Assembly: GCA_963724295.1 (NCBI GenBank)
Contig: CAVRUC010000004.1
Span: forward strand, 320,001 to 384,000
Reading direction: 5' to 3'
Length of the DNA: 64,000 bases
Source: an uncultured Chloroflexia bacterium
Lineage (GTDB): Bacteria > Chloroflexota > Chloroflexia > Thermomicrobiales > UBA6265
The notes beneath the pieces were generated by a model. It did not search any database. It saw nothing but the letters and a program-made list of their open reading frames with translations, and had not been told where the DNA came from. Below, piece after piece: positions 9,964-19,379 of this stretch. The position numbers and the translations under genes are program-made. The stretch's first letter is position 1, and every line of letters starts with the position of its first letter.

Positions 9964-10220
9964 TCAACCGATCGCGGCCGGCTCCCCGATCGCGACGGTG
10001 TCGAGGCTCCCCCTCGAGCCGCCTGCACACCCTGGAGGCGCTGGCCGGCGCAGACCAGGAGCGCACCAACTTGCTGCCGCAGCGACATGGACGCCGGGCG
10101 GGTGCCAGCTGCCGCTGGATGCGCAACCGCGACGAACTGCTGATGTTGGCCCTCGACGAGCATCTGCTGATAGCGGAACTCGGCGACGCGGCAATCGGCT
10201 TCTGACAGTCCTGGATACAT
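9964..10220 (-). CDS. Small hypothetical protein; 3' end uncertain (possible frameshift)
   Basis: ATG at 10220 after AAAGGG; 'MYPGLSEADCRVAEFRYQQMLVEGQ...LRQQVGALLV'. Confidence 0.4.
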
Positions 10221-10371
10221 GCTGTGCCCTTTCGTCTGTCCTCATTTCTCGGACCGCTGCCCGGTCATCCCGAGCACGACCGCATCATGCGCTTCGGCCA
10301 GAGCGGGAACATCGTGGAGTTTGCGGAGATGGATTACGGAATTTGGCGATCAGGGCAATGGCGAGGCGAGC

Positions 10372-10395
10372 TCCGTAATGTCCGCCGATTACGGA
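10372..10395. promoter_or_regulatory. Palindromic operator candidate TCCGTAAT-N8-ATTACGGA
   Basis: Perfect 8-bp inverted repeat, with an extra GATTACGGA half-site at 10332-10340, between the LuxR-type gene and the small gene. Confidence 0.45.
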
Positions 10396-10408
10396 GAGCC
10401 GATCGCGC

Positions 10409-12744
10409 TCAGACAATGCCGCGACGCACCGCGACGGCTGCCGCCTCTGCCCGGGCGTTGACGCCGAGCTTGGCGAAGAGGTTGGCGACGTGGGTCTGCA
10501 CGGTGCGCGCGCCGATGAAGAGCGCCTCAGCGATCTCCCGATCGGAGTTCCCCTCGACCAGCAGGCGCAAGACGTCGAGTTCGCGCTGCGTCAGCCCAGA
10601 AGCCGCTGTCGCGGGGCACGGGAGGTGGCGGATCCCCGGCGGATGCGGCGAGCGAGAGGGCATCGGCGACCGCGTCAGCAAACGGGAGGGCCCGGCCCTC
10701 TTCCCAGGCAGCGACGAACACCGGCTCAGGGAGGCTGGTCCGCACCTCGGCGAGGATGCGCGCGGTGTGGGCCGCGTGGGCGAGCCGGCCGAGGCCACTG
10801 GTCTCACCTTCGGTCTCCACCGCGCCCAGCCATCGTGCCGCTCGCTCCGGCTGCCCAAGTGCCAGGGCAACGCCGGCCAGCCCCGCCACTGCCCCCAGGA
10901 AGAGGCGCTCGGAGCCGATCTCCGCCGCCACGGCGATGCTCTCGCGCGAAGAGGCGCGCGGCCAGGACCTGGTCGCCCTGCAGCCGCGCGGCGTGAGCGC
11001 GTTCGCCGAGAGTCACCGCAATGCCCAACGGGAACTCGATGCGACGGTTGAGCGAGAGGGCCTCATCGAGGAGTGGCACCGCGCCCGCCACGTCGCCGGT
11101 CATCAGTCGGGTGTCGCCCAGCTCAGCGAGCGCCAAGGCCTCCCATGTGGTCACTCCGGACTGTCGCAGCAACGACAGCGCCTCCTCATAGGGCATCGCT
11201 GCTCGCGCCGCATCTCCGAAAACGCCCATGCCATGCCCAAACCGTAGTGGGCGCGACCGAGGGCAAACGGGTCACCAAGCTCTCGGGCGAGCGCCAGGGC
11301 TTCCTCGGCATAAGCGACGGCGGTCGTCCCGTCGCCGAGGAAGCTGGTCGTCAAAGCAGCAAAGTAGAGTGCCCCCACGCGAACAGCAGCAGGAGCGTGG
11401 GGGGCGGCGCGGAGAGCCGGCTCCAGCCAGCGGCGGACTTCCGCGTGGTAGGGTCGAACGGACCAGTACCCATCGAGCGCCGGCAGCAGCCGGAGCACGT
11501 TGGTCGGCTCGCCTGCCGCGTTGAACCACGCAAGGGCGGCACGCAGGTTGTCCAGCTCGGCGTCCATGCGCGCCAGCCAGCCAGCTTGGACTCCGCCCAC
11601 TTCAGAATCGAGCCCAGCCGTCTCCACCAGTGCCAGATACCAGATTGGCGTGGCGCTCCCGGATCGCGTCTTCCTCATTGCTCGCCGCCAATTGTTCGAG
11701 CGCAAACTCCCGCACTGTCTCTAGCATGACGAAGCGTGGTTCCCCGCCCGGCCCCTCTTCCTGCCGCAGCAAGCTCTTGTCCAGGAGCGAGGCGACGCCC
11801 TCGAATGGGTCGATCTCCGGTTCACTCTGCTTCGCGCGTGACGGCCTCCGCCGCCTCCAGGGTGAAGCCCCCGGCGAAGACGGCCAGCCGCCGGAAGAGC
11901 CCCTGCTCCTGGGGCGTCAGGAGATCGTGGCTCCAGGCGATGGTGTCGCGCATCGTCTGCTGCCGTTGCTGGGACATCGCGTCCGCCTCCGGTCAGCAGC
12001 GGCAGCCGGTGGTCGAGTCGAGCCAGCAGCGATGCGGGCGGAAGGACTTTGACCCGCGCCGCGGCCAGCTCGATGGCGAGGGGGAGCCCATCCAGGCGCC
12101 GGCAGATCTCAGCAACGGCGACGGCGTTCTCCGGGGTCAGGGCGAAATCAGGCTTCACCGCCTCCGCTCGCTCGATGAAGAGCCGAACGGCGTCGGACGT
12201 GGCAATATCCGCGACGCTGTGATGCCGATCCGGTGTGGCGAGGCCGAGCGGGGCGATCGGGACCTCACGCTCCCCGGAGATGCGGAGGCGAACGCGGCTG
12301 GTGACCAGCATCGTCACGTCGGGACACGCGCCGAGAAGGTCGGCCACATCTGGAGCGGCCTCGACGATCTGCTCGAAGTTATCGAGCAGGAGCAGGAGAC
12401 GCTTGCTGCGCAGCACCGCCTTCAGTCGCTCGATCAGCGGCTCGTTGCCCGCCTCGCGCACGGCGAGCGCCTTGATGATGGCGGGAGCCAGTAGCGCTGG
12501 ATCGCTGACCGGGGCGAACGGAACGACCGTGACGCCATCGGGGAAGTCGCTCCGCCACCGCGGCTGCCGCACTCAACGCCAGCCGGGTCTTGCCGACGCC
12601 GCCGGGACCGGTCAGCGTCACCAGGGGAACGTCCTCACGGAGGAGCAAGTCGCGCAGGGCGGTCAACTCCCGCTCCCGTCCAATGAGCGGGGTGCGAGGC
12701 AGCGGCACCTGGATGGGATTGTTGAAAGCAAGCGGCGCAGTCAT
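10409..12744 (-). pseudogene. STAND-type ATPase-TPR-LuxR HTH regulator, split by several frameshifts
   Basis: Walker A '[13 protein letters not shown]', 'LLLLDNFEQ', 'LDGLPLAIELAAAR' and C-terminal 'LTQRELDVLRLLVEGNSDREIAEALFIGARTVQTHV' are spread over at least six ORF fragments. Indels may be sequencing errors. Confidence 0.8.
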
Positions 12745-12819
12745 GGCAGCTCTGGCTGAGACTCGGTGTGCCATGAAGATGATAGCGCTCCCCGGACCTG
12801 CGCCCCCGGACGGCTCTCT

Positions 12820-12949
12820 CAATTGGAGGGGCGAGGAAGCTGAAGTGGATGAAGGCGAAGGTCAGGCGCAACGATCCTTGGAGCGGCCGGTGCCGCTCAT
12901 AGTGGACTCCAAGGCAGCCGAGCAACCACGGCAGCGTGCGCTTGACCAT
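12820..12949 (-). mobile_element. Degenerate IS5-family transposase C-terminal remnant
   Basis: 'MVKRTLPWLLGCLGVHYERH...[11 protein letters not shown]' resembles the IS5 'VERTFAWL..RRL..RYER' motif. Confidence 0.3.
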
Positions 12950-13010
12950 CGGTATCGCCCCGGGCGCTCGCTCGAATTGACCGCCCGCGGGCGGCAATGC
13001 GCGCGACTGA

Positions 13011-13044
13011 TTTGAAGAGTTTGAAGGGTTTGAAGAGTTTGAAC
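13011..13044. repeat. 9-bp tandem repeat (TTTGAAGRG x ~3.7)
   Basis: TTTGAAGAG TTTGAAGGG TTTGAAGAG TTTGAAC; AT-rich in a GC-rich background. Confidence 0.7.
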
Positions 13045-13090
13045 TTTTTGGGGACTCGCGAGATGAAATTCTTCGACGCGGGAGCCGGAA

Positions 13091-13981
13091 TCAATCCCGA
13101 TTGTGTCCACTCCTTGCCAGCGTGGCGCGCGCCATGCGCAGCGTGGCGGCATCGACCATCTGGCCGTTCAGGGCGAACGAGCCCCGACCCGCTTGCTCGG
13201 CTTCGGCATTCGCGGCGAGGACCTCCCGCGCCCAGGTAAGCTCGGCTTCATCGGCGCTGAAGACCTCGTTGGCGATCGGGATCTGATCGGGGTGGATGCA
13301 CCACTTGCCGTCGTAACCGAGCGCCCGGGCCGCGAGGCAGGAGCGGCGGAATCCGTCGCGATCCCGAAAATCGGCGAATGGCCCGTCGATGGCGCGCACC
13401 CCGGCCGCGCGCGCCGCCACCAGGACGCGCTGCAGCGGGTAGTCCCAGCGGTGACCGGGATAGTCGGTGTCCCAGCGATCGGGCATCCCGATCGCGGCCA
13501 GTGGCATGCGGACTGACGCCGCGTAGTCTCCGGGACCGAAGACCAACGCCTCGACCCGCGGGCTCGCCGATGCGATCGCCTCGCAATGTGCCAGCCCGGC
13601 CGCGCTCTCGATCTGCGTCTCCAGTCCGATTGGGCGCTGTGCCTCAGCCGCCACTTCGAGCGATCCCAGAATCGTGGCCACCGTGTGGACGTCGTCTGGA
13701 GAGGCCACCTTTGGCATCACGATGAGGTCGACGCAACCCTCGGCGCCTTCGATCACGTCGACCAGATCGCGCACGAACCAGGGGGTATCGAGCGCGTTCA
13801 TGCGGAAGGTACGGGGCCGCCCTTGCCATTCGCCTTCGCGCAGCGCCTCGGCGACGGTTGCCCGCGCCCCGGCCTTCGCGTCCGGTGCGACGGCGTCCTC
13901 CAGATCGATCATCACCAGGTCGGCATCGCTGGCCAGCGCCTTGGCGATCATGCGCGGGTTCGATCCCGGCGTGGACAGCAC
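13091..13981 (-). CDS. CitE/malyl-CoA lyase family (HpcH/HpaI) protein
   Basis: 'DLEDAVAP', 'QIESAAGL', 'GPGDYAAS', 'GYDGKWCIHPDQI'. True start may lie ~25 nt upstream across an indel. Confidence 0.9.
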   Translation of the reverse strand: MLSTPGSNPRMIAKALASDADLVMIDLEDAVAPDAKAGARATVAEALREGEWQGRPRTFRMNALDTPWFVRDLVDVIEGAEGCVDLIVMPKVASPDDVHTVATILGSLEVAAEAQRPIGLETQIESAAGLAHCEAIASASPRVEALVFGPGDYAASVRMPLAAIGMPDRWDTDYPGHRWDYPLQRVLVAARAAGVRAIDGPFADFRDRDGFRRSCLAARALGYDGKWCIHPDQIPIANEVFSADEAELTWAREVLAANAEAEQAGRGSFALNGQMVDAATLRMARATLARSGHNRD

Positions 13982-13988
13982 GCTCCGC

Positions 13989-15134
13989 TCATGCGCGGTC
14001 GACCGTCACGCGCCGATCCCCTGCGCCGAGGGGGCAAACGCCGCCAGCAGCGGTGGAATCTCCCCGGTCGCCAGCGCCTCCGCGACCAGCATCGCCGTCG
14101 CCGGGGCCTTCTTTGGCGCCAGTCCGGAAGTGCCCCGCGCTGACCCAGAGCCCCTCGTAGCCAGGCACCGGACCGATCAGCGGGTCACCGGTCTCCGAGC
14201 CCGGACGAAGACCGGTCCAGTTTTCGGCAACTTCGCCCTGGAGAAGCACGGGACAAAGCGTGCGCGTCAGATCGAGCAGCCAGGCGACCCCATCGCCGGT
14301 GACGCGCCGGTCGAATCCGACGTCCTCCTCCGTGGCCGCGACCATCGTCGTCCCGTCCGGGCGGGGTCGGACGTAGCCACCATGCCCGGAGATAACGCGT
14401 ACGGGACGGAGGGGCGCATTGGCGAACGCGATGAGCTGCCCCTTGACCGGTTTGGTGGGCAAGGTGACGCCCAGAGGATCGCCGAGCAGCCGCGTCCAGG
14501 CGCCGGTCGCAAGCACGGTCGTATCGGCCTGAATGTCGCGGTCCTGCAGCCGCACGCCGGTAACCCGAGTGCCCTCCCGCAGCAGACCACCGACCGGCGT
14601 CTCCTCCAATACCGTCGCGCCCAGCTGTCGCGCGGCGGTGGCCAGGGCTTGCGTCAGCCGGTAGACCGAGAGCGAGCCGACATTGGGATGGAACCAGGCC
14701 GAGAGCAGCGATTCCGGCAGCGCCGGTTCCGCTTTTCGCGCCTCAGCGGGCGGCACGTCCTCGACGTCGAGTCCCATGCCGCGCTGCCACGTCGCGACCG
14801 CTCGCTCCGCCTCGGCATGCTCCTCGTCGACGGCGATCACCCACTCCCCCGGACGCCGGTAGTCGATGGCGAGCCCGGTCCGCTCCTCCAGCTCGGCGAC
14901 AAGCGCCGGGTAGCGCTCGAGGCTGATGCGGCCCAGCTCCACCCGCTCCGGTTTCATCCAGGGCCGGCTCGGTAAGGAGACGATACCCGCCGACGCCCAC
15001 GACGCCTCCCCCCCGATGCGGCCCCGCTCCACCAGCGTCACCGAAACCCCGCGCCGCGCCAACTCGAAAGCGATGCCGCTCCCAATCACTCCACCGCCGG
15101 CGACGACGACACTTCCCGCCCCTGGTACAGCCAC
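13989..15134 (-). CDS. FAD-dependent glycine/D-amino acid oxidase (ThiO/DadA-like)
   Basis: 'GGGVIGSGIA', 'ASWASAG', 'PVKGQ', 'WTGLRP', 'GHFRTG'; apparent one-base frameshift near 14105 alters the C-terminus. Confidence 0.85.
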   Translation of the reverse strand: MAVPGAGSVVVAGGGVIGSGIAFELARRGVSVTLVERGRIGGEASWASAGIVSLPSRPWMKPERVELGRISLERYPALVAELEERTGLAIDYRRPGEWVIAVDEEHAEAERAVATWQRGMGLDVEDVPPAEARKAEPALPESLLSAWFHPNVGSLSVYRLTQALATAARQLGATVLEETPVGGLLREGTRVTGVRLQDRDIQADTTVLATGAWTRLLGDPLGVTLPTKPVKGQLIAFANAPLRPVRVISGHGGYVRPRPDGTTMVAATEEDVGFDRRVTGDGVAWLLDLTRTLCPVLLQGEVAENWTGLRPGSETGDPLIGPVPGYEGLWVSAGHFRTGAKEGPGDGDAGRGGAGDRGDSTAAGGVCPLGAGDRRVTVDRA

Positions 15135-15327
15135 TCTGCTTCATCCTCTCTCAACCCGCGTCGCCGGCAGCTCCTCGTGTGGTGCGACCCGAAATCCTGG
15201 CGTATGGCGAATTGTCTGGTGTCCACTGGAAGAGGGCAAGACGATTGCCGCGGGCTGGCACGTTGCCTGCGGCATCGCGACCCGTGAGGCCGACTATTGA
15301 TCGCCAGGATAGAGCGAGGGTACATCG

Positions 15328-16380
15328 ATGGGTGCTGGACTTCGAGGCCGAGCAAGCGTGGCAGCCGCGGGCATCGCGTTTGGGATGGGTGTGGCGGCGC
15401 GGGTCGCGCCTCCCCGCAGAGCGGAAGCTGACCTCCGTGGCACGGTTGCCCTGGTTACGGGCGGCTCGCGGGGTCTTGGCCTGGCATTGGGCCGGGAATT
15501 GCACCGCGAAGGGTGCCGGCTGGCGATCTGCGCCCGGGACCAGACCGAGCTCGAAGAAGCGCGAGCCGACCTGGAGCGGAGCGGGGCTGAGGTTCTGGCT
15601 GTACCCTGCGATGTGGCCGACCCCGCCCAGGTCGCGACGATGGTCGAGACGGTCACCCGGCACTACGGGCGGATCGACATCCTCATCAACAACGCCGGCA
15701 TCATGGTGGTCGCCCCGCTCGAGTCGTTGACCCGCGCCGACTTCGAGCGGGTCATGGCCGTCAATTTCTGGGGCGTGGTCAACCCGACGTTGGAAGTACT
15801 ACCGGCGATGCGGGCGCGGGGAGCCGGGCGCATCGTCAACATTACCTCGATCGGCGGCAAGATCGCCGTGCCGCACTTGCTGCCATACACCTGCGCCAAG
15901 TTTGCCGCGGTTGGTCTTTCCGAGGGATTGCGGGCGGAGCTGGCTGATACCGGGATCAGCGTGACGACAGTCGTTCCTGGCTTGATGCGGACCGGTTCCC
16001 ATCTGCATGCCGAGTTCGGCGGGGAGCAGCAGGCCGAGTACCGCTGGTTTGCTCTCAATGCCAGCGCCCCCTACCCGATCGCGATCGGCGCCGATCGCGC
16101 GGCGCGGATCATCGTGCGCGCCGCCAAGCGGGGTCAGGCGGAATGCACCTATCCGGTTTCAGCCGTGCTCGCCGCCCGTCTCAGCGGGCTTCTCCCCAGC
16201 ACGACGACGAACGCGCTGACGTTGGTCGATCGGTTCTTGCCACAGCCGCCGCTTGGCGCGGCGGGGACGAGCCCTGGCGCGACTATTGACGCCGACCTCG
16301 ACTCGCCACTTCTTCGCGCGGCGACAGTTCTGGGTCGGGCCGCGGCCGAAGAGTACAAACAGGTCCGCCCGGCACCGTAG
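15328..16380 (+). CDS. Short-chain dehydrogenase/reductase
   Basis: 'TGGSRGLG', 'NNAG', catalytic 'YTCAK'. Confidence 0.92.
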   Translation: MGAGLRGRASVAAAGIAFGMGVAARVAPPRRAEADLRGTVALVTGGSRGLGLALGRELHREGCRLAICARDQTELEEARADLERSGAEVLAVPCDVADPAQVATMVETVTRHYGRIDILINNAGIMVVAPLESLTRADFERVMAVNFWGVVNPTLEVLPAMRARGAGRIVNITSIGGKIAVPHLLPYTCAKFAAVGLSEGLRAELADTGISVTTVVPGLMRTGSHLHAEFGGEQQAEYRWFALNASAPYPIAIGADRAARIIVRAAKRGQAECTYPVSAVLAARLSGLLPSTTTNALTLVDRFLPQPPLGAAGTSPGATIDADLDSPLLRAATVLGRAAAEEYKQVRPAP

Positions 16381-16558
16381 GGCGTTATCAGCTGGTTATG
16401 GCAGCGCATGACGTGTGAGTGCCCTGGCGGCATTCTCGGCTCCACCGAAACCGCCAGGTTGGGCATCGCGTTATGGTGACTGGTGCCATTTCAGCAGCAC
16501 CTACGTAGTGCTGCCCGCCTTCGCACGTTGTTGGTCGAGACTTTCGGGAGTTCGCGTC

Positions 16559-17317
16559 GTGAAACGGAAATTCGGCGAGCTGGTCGTGTTCGCCTTGCTT
16601 GCCATGCTACTCGTCGCCGTGCCGGTCGCTTCCAGCATGGCCGATACGTCGGCGGCTAGCTATCACTGGGCACGTAATCGGCCGCAGTTCACGCTGAAGG
16701 TGGGCGACAACGTCAGCGGCAACTGGGACCAAATCTTGCGCCGGGGGCTAGGCGACTGGAACAAGAACGACACCGTCACCCTGGATAAGGTCCGCGGCCA
16801 GGCAAATCCACAGGAGTGCAAACCAACCAGGGGCCGGGTCGAGGTGTGCAACTGGCGATACGGCACCCAGGACAACTGGCTCGGTATGACGAGACTCCAC
16901 TTTGACCGAAGCGGGCACATCGAAGCAGCCACGGTGCAGATGAATGACTCATTTTTCGACACCAACAGCGAATATAACAATAGCGCGGCGCGACGGCACA
17001 CCATGTGTCACGAACTGGGCCATGCGATGGGCTTAGAAGGTCATGACAATAACAAATCTTGCATGAATAATAGTCAGTATGCGGTCTTCCATTACGTGAC
17101 TCCTATCCGGAGCGACTTCCGAGAGCTCGAGCGGCTCTATAGCCACAGGGACAGGGAGACCACGGTCTCGAGCGCGTCGGTAACCAGCGAGGGACTTGTT
17201 ACCCCCGCTTCACTCCCCTCCGCACCGAGCGAAGACGCGGTCACCGAGACCGTGACAGTCCAGAAGCTCAAGGACGGGAAAACAGTCGTCACGTTCATCA
17301 CCTGGGCGAAAAACTAA
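16559..17317 (+). CDS. Secreted metzincin zinc metalloprotease (matrixin-like)
   Basis: Signal peptide after GTG 16559; 'HELGHAMGLEGH' zinc motif and 'SCM' Met-turn. Confidence 0.75.
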   Translation: MKRKFGELVVFALLAMLLVAVPVASSMADTSAASYHWARNRPQFTLKVGDNVSGNWDQILRRGLGDWNKNDTVTLDKVRGQANPQECKPTRGRVEVCNWRYGTQDNWLGMTRLHFDRSGHIEAATVQMNDSFFDTNSEYNNSAARRHTMCHELGHAMGLEGHDNNKSCMNNSQYAVFHYVTPIRSDFRELERLYSHRDRETTVSSASVTSEGLVTPASLPSAPSEDAVTETVTVQKLKDGKTVVTFITWAKN

Positions 17318-17483
17318 ACATCGCGATACAGGACACGATTTGGTCCCAGGGCTCGTGCTCGGCTGCTTGTTCGGCATGGGGAACCCGAACGGCATGAACG
17401 AGCGCACGCTGAGGCGCTCCCTCCAGAGGTGAACTCTCTCGGCGAGACATGACCGCTCGACGAGGAAGCTGCCTGCTAATCCC

Positions 17484-18908
17484 CTACGAGAACCGGGTAG
17501 CGCCGTACCAGCGAGAGCTGTAGTAATCGGAATCGAGCTCGCTGATTCTCACGCCGGTCGATTCGTTCTCGGCGTGGATGAACTGCCCATCACCGATGTA
17601 GATGCCGGTGTGGGAGAGTCCGCGGCGAAACGTGTTCTTGAAGAAGACCAGATCGCCAGGCTGCAGCTGGTTCCGCCCAACCTGGCTCCCCATCTCGTAC
17701 TGGATAGCCATGTCATGGGTAATGTCAATGCCCAGCGTGCGCTGGATCACGAACATCGTGAACCCCGAGCAGTCGAACGCCCGCGGGCCTTCCCCGGCAT
17801 AGACGTAAGGATGGCCCTCGTATCGCAGGGCGAAGTCGACGATGTCGTTGCCGCCAGCCGCGCCGCCCCCATCGCCCGCGTCGCGCTCGCGTCGTCCGCC
17901 GTCGTTACCCGGCTCCGGTGCGGCCACCGAGTCGGTTGACTCCAGCTGCGTCCACGCGATCTGAGCGGTCTGGACATAGCCGCCGGCACCGGCGCAATTG
18001 ACCGGCTGCCACTCGCCCATCGTTTCCGCGCGCACCTCGACGGGTACGCCCTCGTCGAGAACGGCAAGCGTCTCGGTGCCCCACTGCGGGGCGGCCAGAC
18101 AGTGAGCGCCATTGCCACCCGTGTTCGTAATGTAGGCCGTTGCGATCGGCTCGCCCCAGGGTTCGGTCCCGCCTGAGCCCAGAGTGCTCGGCGGCGCCGC
18201 GTCGGACGGCGCAGGCTCGACCGGGATGGCATCAGCCGGAGCCGGCGCGACGACTTGACCAGTTAGCGGGTCAATCCCCTCGCCGGCGGGTTCGATCTCA
18301 GCGACGGCAGAGGCGGGAGCCACAGCCCCGGCGGCCATCGATTCGGCCTGCGCGGGATCGACTGAGCCAGTGGAATCGGTGAGGGCCTCGTCGCTCGCTG
18401 CGTCGATTGCGGTATCGGCAACAGGAGCCTCGACCCACTCATCGGTCGGCGCAGCCGCATTCTCCGGGCCGGTAGCCGTAAGATCGGCGCCAACGGCTCC
18501 CTCGGGCGCCGGTTCGACCCATTCACCCGTGGCGGGCTCCTGCACCGCGTCCTGGGACAGCGTGACGCCGCCTTTGAGCGTAGCGACGCTCGAGACGGCA
18601 TCGATGGGAACGAAGCCGCCGTCGACCGGGTACCACAAGCTCCCGTCCGGGGCGACCTGTTCGCCATCCCAGACGGTGACGTAGGAACCATTGGCGATCT
18701 CGTAGGCAACCGCGGCGTCCCAGCCCGGGGCGGTCCGCACCGCCAGCGGCGCGCCCGCGGTGATCACCGCGCCACTCCCGGCCGGAATCCCGGATTCGGC
18801 GGCAACCCGGGCGCCGGGCAGCATGGTGGCACTCAGGCAACAGGCGATCAGCGCGGCGAGGCAGCTGCGCACCATCGTTTGGCGAAACGTCACGACCCTT
18901 CCCTCCAT
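17484..18908 (-). CDS. NlpC/P60 peptidoglycan endopeptidase with SH3-like N-terminal domains
   Basis: 'PYVYAGEGPRAFDCSGF', 'LQPGDLVFF', 'HTGIYIGDGQFIHA'; signal peptide; acidic Pro/Ala linker. Confidence 0.92.
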   Translation of the reverse strand: MEGRVVTFRQTMVRSCLAALIACCLSATMLPGARVAAESGIPAGSGAVITAGAPLAVRTAPGWDAAVAYEIANGSYVTVWDGEQVAPDGSLWYPVDGGFVPIDAVSSVATLKGGVTLSQDAVQEPATGEWVEPAPEGAVGADLTATGPENAAAPTDEWVEAPVADTAIDAASDEALTDSTGSVDPAQAESMAAGAVAPASAVAEIEPAGEGIDPLTGQVVAPAPADAIPVEPAPSDAAPPSTLGSGGTEPWGEPIATAYITNTGGNGAHCLAAPQWGTETLAVLDEGVPVEVRAETMGEWQPVNCAGAGGYVQTAQIAWTQLESTDSVAAPEPGNDGGRRERDAGDGGGAAGGNDIVDFALRYEGHPYVYAGEGPRAFDCSGFTMFVIQRTLGIDITHDMAIQYEMGSQVGRNQLQPGDLVFFKNTFRRGLSHTGIYIGDGQFIHAENESTGVRISELDSDYYSSRWYGATRFS

Positions 18909-19223
18909 CGACTCCGATCACGCAGCCCCGTGACCGGCCCGCAGGTGTCGGGATGCGCAAAACCCTGGGCGCGTCCTCCTGTGTGCGGGGTCCGTCCGTG
19001 ATCGCTTTTCCCGGCAGTCCATCCCTAGTCTGCCGAGAAACAACCGATCCGGCGGTGTGGCGCCTATCCGGTCGCCAATCGCCGCGTCGCCACCGTCATA
19101 GGTCACCGGAACGCAGCAAGACACTGCGTCTCGTGACCCACCCGAGGAGATGGTCCCTGGCGCTCCGCTCTGTGGTCGCAAGGTAGTACGTTCGAGGTGA
19201 ACGGACAGACACCAACCCAGTTC

Positions 19224-19251
19224 AGTTTAGGGGGGACAGACATACTGTCAA
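19224..19251 (-). promoter_or_regulatory. Sigma70-type promoter of the NlpC/P60 gene
   Basis: TTGACA-N16-TAAACT on the minus strand, ~310 nt upstream of the CDS. Confidence 0.5.
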
Positions 19252-19379
19252 GAGCCACGATGTCACAGCAACGAGGAAACCCACCCGCACGGACGACCGC
19301 AGAGCGAAATCAGGTCCGGCTGGGATCGACTGCTCCGGTTTTTCCGCGATCTCCAGTCCCGCCTACGTGGACCGGTTCG

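Noticed and set aside
18909..19220. c-di-AMP (ydaO) riboswitch upstream of the NlpC/P60 gene
   Set aside because: Expected from context, but the conserved GCCGAAUCC and CCCGUCAGCUAAC-type segments are not present.
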